A stretch of DNA of 63,456 nucleotides, filler included, from Chiloscyllium plagiosum (taxonomy: Eukaryota): assembly GCF_004010195.1 (NCBI RefSeq). It is 4 parts of one record of this genome, joined end to end, with 100 filler letters (N's around TTAATTAATTAA, not from the genome) between each part and the next. Parts side by side here need not be neighbours in the genome. Positions count along the whole stretch, not along the records: positions 1 to 29,572 come from NC_057716.1; 3 more parts are not named here. One strand, given 5' to 3'. Position 1 is the first letter of the stretch; each line of letters begins with the position of its first letter. The translations under genes and the position numbers were made by a program. This document shows positions 12,414-25,269 of the stretch, piece after piece. The notes beneath the pieces were generated by a model, which was not told where the DNA came from, did not search any database, and was given only the letters and a program-made list of their open reading frames with translations.

Positions 12414-13777
12414 TGACAATAACCCTTGACCTAACCTGTCCAAACTTTTGTGCCTATTTTCTTTCTCCCCACATTTTGAAGCACCAGTCCTTGCCGTGAG
12501 TGGTGAAGGAGCTAACTGCTCCCTCGCAGAAAAGCAACTGGGGCCAGAGACCCATATATCTGTCCCGCAGCGGGTATTGCTTTGCTCCGAACAGATCGGG
12601 TTTGCTGTGTGGGACTGAAACTGTGTTCGATCACACACAGACGCGGTGTAACAGCTGCCAGCAGATGTGGAGAAGGATGGGACAGATTCAGACCCATTAT
12701 GGGAAATAGACTGGATCCGGAATTCAGGGGAGCTTAGTGTCACAGACAGAAGGCTGGAGAATTGGGTTTGGAAAGATATCAGCCATGATCGAAAGTCGGG
12801 CAGACTAGATGGGCTGAAAGCTCTAACTGTCCACCGATGCCTTCTGGTCCCTGGCCATCCGGAATCTAAGGAAATAGAAACAGAGATTTTTTTTCAGTTC
12901 GAAGTCCTCCGGTCATAACTGGGTGAGATGAGAGATGGAACACGTCTGATGTAAGTTTAGAGACTGGAAAAATGTTGGAGACGAAGTAATAAAAGAGGAT
13001 CTGAGTATAAAGTTGGAAGTCAGGAGATATTCAATAAAAAGGAAGGGTGTGTAAGGCAGAGGGCGATGGACATGGAGAAAGAAGTGTCACTGGTCTTGAA
13101 GTCTTAACTCTATTTTCCTTTCCAAGATTCTCCCAGACCTGCTGACATTTTCCCGCAATTTATTTTGTTGGTACTGAGACAGAAGATGGGAGTGAGTTCC
13201 TGGATCAATCAGCTCTCTGTTCTGTGGGTGTTTGAATTCCCCGTTCGACCAGATCACATCTCAGCCACGCGAAAACCTCACAATCCTGCCCCACCCCACC
13301 CCTGTTACTGACAATAAACTGTTCATTCCGTAAACCCACGTGCACGCAACAGCATCATTTTCTGAGTGAATTTGGAAAGGTTTAGGGAGAGTTCCGTTCG
13401 GTTTCATTCAGAGCACTCTAAATCAGTTACATTTTTTTCAGCACTATTTGACATGGAGCCGTCACTCTCAATCCCCCGAGCATGTGGCCATTCGCATTCC
13501 ACGGCTCCGTATATTTTTGTTGGTGCATGGTTGGAATGGAACCTCACGTTTTGAAAGGCACATTGTTTATCGTATATTCGGCTGAAATGATAAACGTATC
13601 TCTGGCACCTCCGTTACAGTGGAAACAATTTTCACTCAGAAACCAACACATGATCAAAAACAGTGGTAATAATGTGTCAACCAAATCTGCAACAGCGTGC
13701 GAATGCGCTCTTGTGTGGGGTTGCAACATTGCAAATTGAATGGAGAGCTGTGAACCTATTAACAGATGAAAGTGCCC

Positions 13778-16030
13778 CTACATGAAACTGCATTTGCCAA
13801 GACTTCTCCACTCACTCATACTATCGATACCTGTTTGAAAAATACCACATCCTTATCACAATATGCTCACCCACCTATTGTGTATCGCAGCATTTCACTC
13901 TGCCACTTCCTCCAAGTCATTCGGTCAGATAAAACATTAAATCCGATGACTGACCAGTCTGGATTTCATTAAATATACCTTTCCAACTTGAAAACTGCTC
14001 ATTAATCTTGATTCGGTGATTTCTGTTAAATAGACAATGGACAGACAATGCTGCTTTATGACCCAACACCGAGAACTCCTTTATTGTGCAATGGACTTTT
14101 ATATAGCCCCTCATTGATTGCTTGCTAAAATTCAAATGAACTTTACTGAGCATCGTCCTTCGCCACGTTTGCAGGTCATGCTACCAAAGAAATCTGTCAG
14201 ATTGTCATCGTGTGTTTTCCTTTCAAAAATGATGTTGACTCAGTTTGACTGTAATCATCTCTTCTAAAATTTCTGCTTTTCTTAATGTGCAATGGTGGTT
14301 CACATTTTTGAAATGACAACAAAGACATTAGAGCAGATGGAAGCAATTTAACGCATCAAGTCAGCGACAACTTTCAATGAGATCATGGCTGATTTGGTTA
14401 ATCCTCAAATCCCCTTTCGGCCTCATCTCTGTGGCCCTAGATTCCGGAAGTGACCAAATGCCTGTCTTTCTCAGGCTTGCATGCATGCAGCCATGACAAC
14501 CCTCTGTTGCAAACAACTTCACAGATTTGCTACCCTCTGAAAGAGGAAATATCCTCCACACCTAAGTCTTACATAATTGGTCCCTTCCACTGTGAGGAGG
14601 CCTTATGGTGCCACATTATCCCAGGTGTATATCATAGCAGAAAAAACCCTCAAGGTCGGTCTGCACTGTCCAGTGCCAGCTCTGAGTATTTACAGGATTG
14701 TCTTTTTTGACTTTTGAATGAACAAATAGACCTGAATTTTCTTCAAGAACACTTCATTGGCTGTAATTTCGCTGGCAGTGTAGTGTGCTAGAAATTTGAG
14801 TGCTTGATCACAAATATATCACTCTCAAAATGTTATCTCTGTTTCTCTTTCCACAAGTACCGCACGATCCGTCGGTTTTCTGCAGTATTCTGTGAATTTA
14901 CTGTGCACAAGTGCTACATTTCATTAAATTCCTTCAATCACAGTCCTCTGGACACTGACCCTGTTCAGTGACAATACTTCCTCCTGATCGTCAATGTGCC
15001 AATCCCCACCGCTCCCTCCCCCATCAAGATAAACAGCTGCAGAACATCTTCAGTTCACTCTCTTGGCTCCAAAGAAAACTTCGGGAATCTCTCCAAATGC
15101 CAGGAAATCTCGGCCCTGGACATGGTGCAAGGCGGAGGAGTGTTAACGAAATTTTGGGAAAATATTATCAATTGGCAGGTGGAAAAAATGTAAAAGAGGC
15201 AAACCATATAACCCAGTATCCAACATTGTGAATCTTCAGAAACTCTATGAGAAGTGAAATCCATGGAGAATGAAGAAGGGTGAACTGCCCGAATGAGCAG
15301 AGACAGTCAAGACAGCTTCCCCTTCTTTAAGAGGACAGACCATTAACTTTGATGTTCTCGGGACATGAACTGATCTAATACAAACCTCATCGAGACTCCG
15401 GGACAATGAAAAAACTCGGGACCACACAAGGGACTAGGAGGCTTGAAGGGAGGTGGTCCCAGTTGGAGGAGAGCTGGTGCTCAGTGACATGGGTGTGTCT
15501 GTCGTGGATGGGATAAGACTGTTCCCATGCCTCCATAATGAATGTTCCAGACTTTATTTTGGACAGATAAAACTGATAAGAGGACACTTCTCGGTCTGGG
15601 AAGGACAGACTGAAGTCCGTCACAGCCTGCTTTAGATGTTCGGGCAAGGTTTTAGGTTGGAAGTTTGAGCTTATTAGGCCGTTAAATGAAAGGATGGTGG
15701 TTCAAGAACTCCAAAGGCGACAGCGATCGTTGTTGTTAAAGCATCTGTTTTCTCGGCTGCAGTGTTTCTTGTTTCTAATGGGGGCAGGAAAATGTTCCTC
15801 AAACAGAAAATTTCCGTGTGAAGAACCACAAAGAACTTTCTGCAATGGTTTAAAGGTTAATGTAATGAACTGTGGCCTCTGGGAATCAGAAACAAAATCA
15901 GAAATTGCTGACAAAACTATCTGGTTTGGCAGTACCTGTGGGAGGTTATTGAGTTCTGATGAAGTTGTAAAATATTGTCCACGATTCTCTCTGCATGGAT
16001 GCTGCCAGGCCTGCTGAGTTTTGTCGTAGA
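13778..16030. repeat. Old direct segmental duplication, copy B
   Basis: Colinear with 6180-7190 plus 8800-10110, and lacks the CR1/HE1/tRNA-Ser block at about 14750. Confidence 0.85.
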
Positions 16031-17796
16031 AAAAGTATAGAGAATCACCAGGAGACGTAGAGAGTTCTTCAAGAAGTCGGTCTGTTATTTGCAAACGAAA
16101 AACCGTGACCCCGAGAAAGCAGATTCTCGAATGCTCTCGAACTTCATTGTCCATGGTTTTTATAAATTTTTCCCATGCTTTGTTTGCTTATCAGCATGTC
16201 TAAATATATTAACCAAAGTACCTCACACTCGCTACACAATAAACCAGTGATGTTAGTTCCCATCATCTCTTTAATTGTTCATTCTACTTAACGTTATTCA
16301 CATGTGACGGTTAGATATTTAATGTCAGCTTTCGCAACAATGGGCTTTCATTCCAGACCCTACTTCATATTTTCCCGATGCCATAATTAGTTATTTATTG
16401 TCAATAATCTCAATCAGGCTGACTCTATTAACTATTAATTTGATACTTAATGTCATGTCCCAAATATTTATGTTCCCAATCGAGTCATAATGATACTTAA
16501 CAGGAATCCTAACTTTACTAACTGTAATCTAATCTCACCATCGAGACCTTTCAGCGTCAACCTTTCTTTGCTAATTGGTGTGAGATAATTTCACTATTCT
16601 TATCTCATCCTGCATTCTACAGGCCCGTTGCAACAGATCGCCAGTGGGATTCATGCTTTATGCCTTCCCTTGCTTTCATGCTTTAAACCTTCCCTTACTT
16701 TCATGCTCTTTATTTTCCATAATAACATTTTGTCATTCTGACCAATGGCAGTCATTCCTGGCACTGGATATACTGACGGCGAAGGGCAGTGATCAGAGCG
16801 GACTGTCCCTGTAGTTCTGTTCCCGACTCTCCACCTCCCGCTCTGTTAGTAACCTCTCAGTCTCCTGGGAATTGCATTGTTCCCAATTTTGCCGTATTCC
16901 AGGCCTTTAACCTTGGCTGAGCAGACAGTCGATGGTCATTCCCAAACGTCTCATGTCCGAGGTAATAACAATTAATAACGATGTCTGTGCATCCTCCTCT
17001 AATCTGTGAAAATCATTGTTGCGGACTGTAGGAACATTTATTGACCGAAATTGAGGAGGTTTTGAACCAGATCAAACTCCTATGAGTTAAGAAGATGGTC
17101 TAGATCCCTTTTTCTTTTCCCCTGAAGGCAAATGTACGGCAATGCAATTCAAGTGGTGAAACTTCCAGGCTTGAACCGAAACACAATTTACTTTCACTAT
17201 CGTTGAAACACAAACAAAAAAACAAAGTGTGGACTAACCCAACTCTATTGTAAAACTTAACGAAATGAAACATCATTTAACTACGAAACAGTCAATGTTC
17301 GATCATAGTAACATTGCATAAACCACACAAATCTGGTCTTCCTGCTACCGGAATGATATTGTGAAACTTGAACGGATTAGGAAAAGGTATAATGTGATGT
17401 TTGTTATTCTTAAGCTCCCAAATGGTTTTGAGGTGCGAATGTATTTTAACCTTGAAGAAATTTGACACATTTAAACCTCCTTCCTGTCCACGATAGAAGC
17501 TGTTGGATTTGTTCCGAATTTCCAGTGGCTTCTGTAAATATTTAAGGTTTCTGACGATAGCAATCTCTCACTTTTCGAATAAAACAAAACGAACCTTATG
17601 TTGCGAACAATATTCAAATTAGCAATGGGCAGCAGTGAGGAAAGCTTTCGAGCAACGCTGCCCGGATTGTCACGGCAATTAACAGAAACCATCGCCATGA
17701 AAACCCGAAAGCAACCTGACAAATCGATTTCGCCACAGAATGCAACGTTGGTGCTCAAGACTTTTCCTTGCAAAACAACAGGAAAAGCCACGACAC

Positions 17797-17868
17797 TGCG
17801 ATGGCCGGGAATCGAACCCAGATCAACTGCGTAGAAGGCAGCGATGCTCACCACTACACCACCACTGC
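17797..17868 (-). tRNA. tRNA-Gly(TCC)-derived gene with anticodon changed to TCT; likely pseudogene
   Basis: 72 nt GCAGTGGTGGTGTAGTGGTGAGCATCGCTGCCTTCTACGCAGTTGATCTGGGTTCGATTCCCGGCCATCGCA. A and B boxes are intact, TTTT lies about 10 nt downstream, and there is an A3:C70 acceptor mismatch. Confidence 0.9.
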
Positions 17869-18227
17869 GCTCGCAGTTAAACTGTCCCTTTTCCCAAACA
17901 CACAGACAAGGCCATGATAGTCAGCAACTGAACTGGGGCTGAAAGCAAAACAAGAAATTACTTGTAAAACGTCAACAGGTCTGAAAACACCAGAATCAGA
18001 AGCCTTCAGCTCTTAAGAACAATCACTGCATCCAGAAGGTTCACTCCCCACAAATGCTGCCGGACCTGCTGAGTTTCCCAGCAATTTTTGTGCTGTCTCT
18101 CAGATCTGCAACATCTGCAGTTCTTTGTCAGATAGAAAACAAACGTTGACCATTGAAGGGTCTGGTGAATCAGGTGATAGTCCTCTTCATCCACAGAGAT
18201 AGATGGGATGGAGTATAGGATTATAAC

Positions 18228-18478
18228 ATTCTTACAGTGTAGAAACAGGCTATACGGCTTATCATGCATCCCACCAAGTCTCACCCTCTATGCTATTCCT
18301 GTAACCGGGCATTTCTCATGGCTAACCATATAACCAACACTCACCTGGACACTATTGACTATTGAGAGTTGCAAATCCACCCTAACTTGCACATCTTTGG
18401 ACTGTGCGAGGAAAGTGGAGCACCCGGAGGAATCTCACGCAGACACGGGGAGAATGTGCAAACTCCACACAGACAGTC
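18228..18478 (-). mobile_element. HE1-type V-SINE, 5'-truncated (paralog 41750-42000, +)
   Basis: V-domain CACGCAGACACGGGGAGAATGTGCAAACTCCACACAGAC and tail ACAGTGTAGAAACAGGC. Confidence 0.9.
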
Positions 18479-18744
18479 TTCAATCAGACAGGGATCTGGG
18501 TAATTGGAGAGGTTTCAAGAGGGAAAGCAGACTGGTTTGTGAATGCTGGGCCGAAAGCCTGATCTCAGTGCTGTAAAGGCTCTACAGTAACATGATTTCC
18601 TGCATCCAGCATTCAACACAGTTTGCATTTAGTTTTCATCCATCCTGTTATTGACATTATTCCGAGTGAAATGTACAGAGAGAGAGGTTGTTTGTGCATT
18701 CACTCAGATCTGTGTTTTGATGGGTCAGGAGCAACATGCAAAAT

Positions 18745-19280
18745 AACAACTGGTGGAAGGAGAACTGAATTCCCCCTCTGAATCTGCCGAAGAAATGCAG
18801 GACCTGGAACTTCTCTATCACCATTCACTCACCACCCGCCGCCTGGTGGAAAAACGCCTGATCTTCCTCTTCAGGAACCTCCAACCCCAGGGCAGAAATG
18901 TGGCCTTTACCATTTGCCTGATTTGCCCCTCCGACCACCTTATCCCAGTTCCATCCTGCCAGCTCAGCACCATCCTCATGGCCTGTCCTACCTGCCAATC
19001 TTCCTTCCCACCTATCCGCTCCACCGTCCTATCCGACCAATCACCTTTACACCGACATCCATCCATCAATTGCGCTCTCCGCTCCCTTCTCCGCAGCCCC
19101 ACTCCCTCCCATTTATCTGTCCACGATGGACGCTCCCAGCCTCGTTCCCGATTATGGTGTTTTTCCCGAAATATCGACTCTCCTGCTTCTCGGATGCTGC
19201 CTGACCTGCTGTGCTTTTCCTGCATTACTCTAATCTTGACACTGATCTACAGCAACTGCAGTCCTCACTTTCACCTCGCA
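18745..19280 (+). mobile_element. Penelope-like element 3' fragment with pLTR (paralog ~40980-41480, -)
   Basis: GIY-YIG C-terminal peptide TTRRLVEKRLIFLFRNLQPQG, a pyrimidine-rich UTR, a decayed hammerhead (CCGATTAT...CCCGAAATATC) and GATGCTGCCTGACCTGCTG pLTR. Confidence 0.85.
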
Positions 19281-20299
19281 TGACTGAATTCCTGCCCCTT
19301 ACAGGTCGAATTGGGTCTCGTGTTTTCATCATGAATTTCATTATGTTTAATATATTTTATTTTAAAAATCATCACAATATATTGATGCCCTCATGAGCAT
19401 GTAATGCATTTGGACAGAACAATGCCTCCTTTCTCTGTGAACAAATAGAATTAAAGGAGTCGGTTTGGAGAATGTTTCCTCTCACAGAAACAGGAAAAGG
19501 GAGTTGTAATTCTCTCTGAAATAAACACAGGCCATTCAGAGAAATCTGATAAGGTCATGCAACATCTGTCGAGTGAAGGGAAAGGTTAGCTCATATGTTA
19601 TGAGAGTAGGGGAATTCGGCAGAGCGGTAGGAAGTTAGAAAAGTAATAATTACTGAACAATTGGAATGGGGATAACGCTGAAGAAAGAATGAGAGGTCTA
19701 TACAGACTGTTTAACATGTTCAGTCTGCTCGAAGAGTCAATCCAATCAAAGCTAGACTTAGATTTCATATCCAGTTTCCTGTCCAATCCACATATCCCGT
19801 GACTCCCTGAGAAACCAGCAATCTGTATCTTCCAATCTGAAATGCACTCAGTGAGGGTGCATCAGCAATCGTCAGGGACAGAGAATATTAAAGACTCAGA
19901 GGCCTTAGAGTTAATCGCTCTCTCCTCATCTCATTCCCAAATAACCGGCCCTAACCCTGAGGGTGTGTCAATAATAATCAAAAGATCTGTAAATGGTGTA
20001 ACTTTAACACTGACTTCTCTTCACAGATTCTGTCAGACCTGCTGAACTTTTCCACAACTCCTGAGACTGTGTTATCGTGTTTCAGATACCCAGACCCACA
20101 GGATCAATTTCTCACCATCTAGCCTCTGAAGCATTCAAATGAAATAGTATTTCAATTTTCTCGAATATGGACACAATTTATTCAAAAGCTCAGCATTAGA
20201 GCACGTGGGTTCCAAACAGTGACCTTTATTATGTGGTTCATTAATGTGTTTGGCTCATTGCTGCTGGGTTATCACGTATTACTCAGATATAATTGTTCT

Positions 20300-20660
20300 G
20301 GCGAAGTTGACGATGAGTTAGCGTCTTGAACTGCTGCCATTCATTTTGTCCAGATAAACCCATAATGATGTAAGGGAGGGAGTTCCAGGATTTCCAACCA
20401 ATTTCACTTGTGGAACTGAGACGTTTTTCCAAGCCAGGGTGGCGAGTGGCTTGGTGTGGAATTGTCAACTGGTGTCCCATGTATCTTCTGTGCTCAGTGT
20501 TCCACGCGATAATGCTCTGGTTCTGGAAGCTGCTCTGTGAGGAACTTTGGGGAATTTCTACGGTGCGTCTTGTCAGTGGTATATTCCACTGCTACTGAGT
20601 GTGGATGGTGGAGACAGAGAATGTTTGTGACTGTGGTGTTGAGCAAGCTGCACTGCAAGT
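20300..20660 (-). mobile_element. Old L2/CR1-group LINE 3' fragment (related pieces at ~12085-12235 and 53477-53690)
   Basis: Peptide KSWNSLPYIIMG...WQQFKTLTHRQL resembles an ORF2 C-terminus. Confidence 0.6.
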
Positions 20661-20959
20661 TACTTCTAACTAATTATGGGGAACATAGCTACTTGCCATC
20701 ATCATCAATACATTTCGTAGCTGGACATCCAGTGATTACACGGATGTGGTGTACAAGTCTGTTCTTTGCTCAAATGACCATGATCTTTTAACTAGATTCA
20801 CCTTTTCAAGGGTATTATGCTGAGAGACCTCACGCGACTGTTCCACTTTCTCGTCAACATTTCATCTGTAAAAACTGGGAACGAGCTGATGGACACAGAT
20901 TGTGCTGCAGATGGTGAGACACAGCGCAGTGTTAGTTACTTCACACTGATTCTGTTTGG

Positions 20960-21500
20960 CTTTATGCATGTGTTTCTCTGAATGTGTGTGTGTGCATTAT
21001 CGTGTGTTCCTGTCTTTGTGATTCTCTGTGTGTCTACCCATCTATCTCTTCCTGACTATCTGTGCTTATGTGAGTGTGTTTGTGTCTCATTGTGTGTATT
21101 AGTGTGTCTCTCCATGTTTATGTGTCTCTGGGTCTGTGCCTCTGTGCAACGGGCTCTCTGTTAGTTTCGGGATTGTAACAATTGAAATATGGTTTAAACC
21201 CCAATATATCTATACCTCTGACTATTCCTCTTGAGCGTGAAGTGATACATTGCTTTTGTTATGTTTGAACGTGTGTGCCTATGTGTGTGTGTGAGTGTGT
21301 GTGTGTGTGTATTTGTGTCTGTGTGTTTTGTGCCTGTCTCTGTGTGTGTGTGACAGACGGAAATACGTACAGATACTCAGACACAATCACATATACAGAG
21401 AGATGTGCAGAGAAACATACAGACAGAAGCACACATATCGACTTAAAGAGATACACGTGCACATATAGTCACACAGACATTCACACACAAGCGCACAGAT
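20960..21500. repeat. Degenerate (TG)n/(CA)n low-complexity tracts (paralog ~39005-39530)
   Basis: Visible TG-rich runs at 20980-21150 and 21270-21352 and CA-rich sequence to about 21500. Confidence 0.85.
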
Positions 21501-22095
21501 GTTGATGGAGATAACAAAAGTGATACTATTAGAATTTCTTGTTCCTAAAACTAAATGAGAAATTAATAGATTTTTTGGATTGTTTGACTTTACAAGAAAT
21601 TTGTCCATAATTTCGTCCGGACAGCTGCGCCTTTAACAAGTTTTTGAACGAAATAAGACAAAGGTGGTTTATTTAGCAGAGTGCGAAGTTAATGTTGAAA
21701 GGATGAAAGCAATTTGAATCGATGAACCTATTTTACCATCCCTGCGTTTTCCAGTCTTTTCAAAATGGCCGCTGATGCTTCTGAATTGGGTCGACGTTTT
21801 GTCTTGTTCTAGGATGATGAATTAGGAATTGAGAATCTGGAGGATATTTCAATTAGAATCAATACAGATCATTGGAAAAGCCATCTTCCATATGAAAGGG
21901 GACTTTGCTATTGCTGTTAGATCTTCAGCACTTCGAAGACCACCCAACAAAGAACAATGAAATACAAAATTACACAGATTGTAATCCACTGGCTTTCTTT
22001 AAAAGTTTCAAATTAACAATGCAACATATTTTGATGGTGTTGTTTGTTGTAACCATTTTATTATACACATCACTAGAATACCTAATGTGAATTCC
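21500..22095 (+). mobile_element. pol: Ty3/Gypsy pol fragment (RT thumb and RNase H), decayed (paralog ~38420-39005, -)
   Basis: Manual translation gives EFLVPKTK*EINRFFGL, KKFVHNFVRTAAPLT, FKMAADASELG and LLLLDLQHFED...YTDCNPLAF (canonical DAS and TDHNPL motifs). Confidence 0.85.
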
Positions 22096-22457
22096 TAAAA
22101 TACAAATGGTGAAATACGTAAAAGCTTTAAGAAATGTGAAGGTTGCATAACATTGCAAGAAGGGAGAAATAATAAATAGACTGCACTTTTTATAAAATTT
22201 GCGCATCATGTATTTTGCAAGTACATGCGTTTTTGAAATGGCATTTTAGTTTTCTCAGGGCGAATACATATAAAAAACTTTTTTAAAAAAAGAGAATTGA
22301 GTGTAATTGTGGACTAAAATGTGAAAAGAGCGACCTTACAAACAGATCGAAAGGGGAGGATAGCTGCAAGGTTTGACAGCAATTCACCTGATAGTGACCC
22401 AATAATTGAAGTGTGATTGGAGATGAACGGAGTTATACACAGATGCAGCCTTTGTTT

Positions 22458-23087
22458 TTTTTTTTTAACTGAGGAGACCTCTGAATCTCTTGGTTATGTT
22501 ATTTTATTAAACAAATTACAAAAACAGTTTACAACAAACAGTTACATTTACAGCTGCATACAAGAGACAGCAATTTTACAAGGGAGAGGAGCAGCAAAGC
22601 CAGGCCCCAAACCCTACCATTCAAACAGTTTCCAGGGACATGAGAACAAACCTCAAATCCCAGTTTCACAAAGATATAAAGAGACAACAGCAGTGACAGT
22701 TGTACATTAGACAGTACTGTTACATACAAAAGTGCAGATAATACAGACCCAGCAAGCCCCCATCCCTCCCACCTTCCGACCACTCTAAGGCAGCCCGCCC
22801 CGACCCACCTTCCGGTTCTCGGTTCACCCCATGCCCCTTCCAGTTCTCGGTCCGCCCTGACACACCTTTCAACCACCTCTAGGACAGCCCGCCCCGGTAC
22901 CCGCCCAGGGTGACAGCGGTCAGGATGGCCTACCCACCTTCCGGCTTCACGAACCACCCTCAGCACCTTCTGACCACCTCTGGGGCAGCCCGTCACGGTA
23001 CCTGCCCGGGGTGATAGCGCTGAGGACGGCTACCTGCCTTCTGGCTCTCGGTCTGCCCCTACATACCATTGGGCTCTCACCCACCCC
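22458..23087 (-). mobile_element. PolyA-tailed retro-insertion (L1/Tx1-like 3' end) with 15-bp TSD
   Basis: TSD ATGCAGCCTTTGTTT at 22443-22457 and 23088-23102, a poly-T at the left end, and minus-strand AATAAA at 22503-22508. The paralogous site at about 38035-38060 is empty. Confidence 0.9.
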
Positions 23088-23577
23088 ATGCAGCCTTTGT
23101 TTGTGACAAGGAGCTCATTGATGATTGGCCACTAGTTCACCACTGACAAAGGATTTCTGCTACCAGCAACGATGTGATTGGTTCTCAGGCAACAAAACAG
23201 CTTGGGACTCTGAACAAGATACAGAGAAGTCTTCACCTGCTCAGGAGCTCTCTCTGATCGCGGCAGTGATAGGTGTTTTAATCCTGAAGAAACCTGGTCT
23301 ATTTTTGTTTCAGCTGTTCCTAAAGGCTCTGCCTTTTAATGAGTGTGTTAGAGACTGTTTGTAAGTATTAACCAGTCCTTCTGCATTGTGTAAATCAATG
23401 ACAGCCTCCAAGATGCACTGTATAAACTTACCAAGGCTCTAAACAAAGTACATTCCAAAGACATGACAACGAAGAAATGGAAGGGCAGAGGAAGCAGATG
23501 AACGGGAGGGTTATGACTTGGAGCCAGTGATCAAACCTGTTTAAATGAAGATTAGAGGACTTTTTAAATTTATAACG

Positions 23578-24326
23578 TCAGGAAGTATGGGATACAGTGA
23601 GATTTGGTGATCTGGATTCAGAATTGGCTGGCTGACAGAAGGCAGAGTGTGGTTGTAGATGGAAAATATTCTGCCTGGAAGACAGTGTTGATTGGGGTCC
23701 CGCAGGGCTCTGTTCCTGGGCTTCTGCTCTTTGTAGTTCTTATAAATGACTTGGATGAGGAGGTTGAAGAGTGGGTTAGTAAGTTTGAAGATGGCACTAA
23801 GGTTGCAGGTATCGTCGACAGTTTCGACGGCTACTTCAGGCTGCAACGCGACATAGATAGGATGCAGATCTGGGCTGAGAAATGGCACATGGAGTTCAAC
23901 CTGGATAAACGCGAAGTGATGCATTTTGGAAGGTGGAACACGACTGCTGCACATAAGATTAAAGACAGAATCCTTGGCAGTGTGGAGGAACAGAGGGATC
24001 TGGGTATGCAAGTACAAAGATCCCTCAAAGTTGCCACCCAAGTGGATAAGGTTATTAAGAAAGCATATGGATCTTTGGCTTTCATTAAGGGGGATTGAGT
24101 TTAAGAGCTGCGAGGTTTTGCTGGAGCTCTACAAGTCCCTGGTGAAACCACACTTGGAATATTATGTCCAGTTCTGGTCTCCCTACTATAGGAAAGATGC
24201 AGAGGCTTCGAGGAAAGCGCAAAGAAGGTTTACCAGGATGCTGCCTGGACTGGAGGGCTTGCCTATGAAGAAAGTTTGAATAAGCTCAGACCTTTCTCTC
24301 TGGAGTGAAGGAGGAAGAGAGGAGAC
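23578..24326 (+). mobile_element. CR1 LINE RT fragment running into a gap
   Basis: WIQNWLADRRQSVVVDG...GVPQGSV...SKFEDGTK...QFWSPYYRKD. Confidence 0.95.
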
Positions 24327-25269
24327 NNNNNNNNNNNNNNNNNNNNNNNNNNNNNNNNNNNNNNNNNNNNNNNNNNNNNNNNNNNNNNNNNNNNNNNNNN
24401 NNNNNNNNNNNNNNNNNNNNNNNNNNNNNNNNNNNNNNNNNNNNNNNNNNNNNNNNNNNNNNNNNNNNNNNNNNNNNNNNNNNNNNNNNNNNNNNNNNNN
24501 NNNNNNNNNNNNNNNNNNNNNNNNNNNNNNNNNNNNNNNNNNNNNNNNNNNNNNNNNNNNNNNNNNNNNNNNNNNNNNNNNNNNNNNNNNNNNNNNNNNN
24601 NNNNNNNNNNNNNNNNNNNNNNNNNNNNNNNNNNNNNNNNNNNNNNNNNNNNNNNNNNNNNNNNNNNNNNNNNNNNNNNNNNNNNNNNNNNNNNNNNNNN
24701 NNNNNNNNNNNNNNNNNNNNNNNNNNNNNNNNNNNNNNNNNNNNNNNNNNNNNNNNNNNNNNNNNNNNNNNNNNNNNNNNNNNNNNNNNNNNNNNNNNNN
24801 NNNNNNNNNNNNNNNNNNNNNNNNNNNNNNNNNNNNNNNNNNNNNNNNNNNNNNNNNNNNNNNNNNNNNNNNNNNNNNNNNNNNNNNNNNNNNNNNNNNN
24901 NNNNNNNNNNNNNNNNNNNNNNNNNNNNNNNNNNNNNNNNNNNNNNNNNNNNNNNNNNNNNNNNNNNNNNNNNNNNNNNNNNNNNNNNNNNNNNNNNNNN
25001 NNNNNNNNNNNNNNNNNNNNNNNNNNNNNNNNNNNNNNNNNNNNNNNNNNNNNNNNNNNNNNNNNNNNNNNNNNNNNNNNNNNNNNNNNNNNNNNNNNNN
25101 NNNNNNNNNNNNNNNNNNNNNNNNNNNNNNNNNNNNNNNNNNNNNNNNNNNNNNNNNNNNNNNNNNNNNNNNNNNNNNNNNNNNNNNNGAATATTGTGTT
25201 GCATTCTCTCCAGTACAAATCATACCTTACATAAGGTCATCAGTTTAATATAGTTTCACAGCTTTTGAA

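Larger units (their letters stand above)
16521..23938. repeat. Segmental duplication, left arm (reverse complement of 37073-43688)
   Basis: Continuous high-identity reverse-complement match; ACTGTAATCTAATCTCACC at 16521 pairs with the end of the block at 43688. The true outer boundary is hidden by the assembly join. Confidence 0.95.

Noticed and set aside
13515..13610. Possible tRNA-Leu-like remnant on the minus strand (CGTGAGGTTCCATTCCAACC)
   Set aside because: Only a short T-arm-like match, with no A box or anticodon arm.
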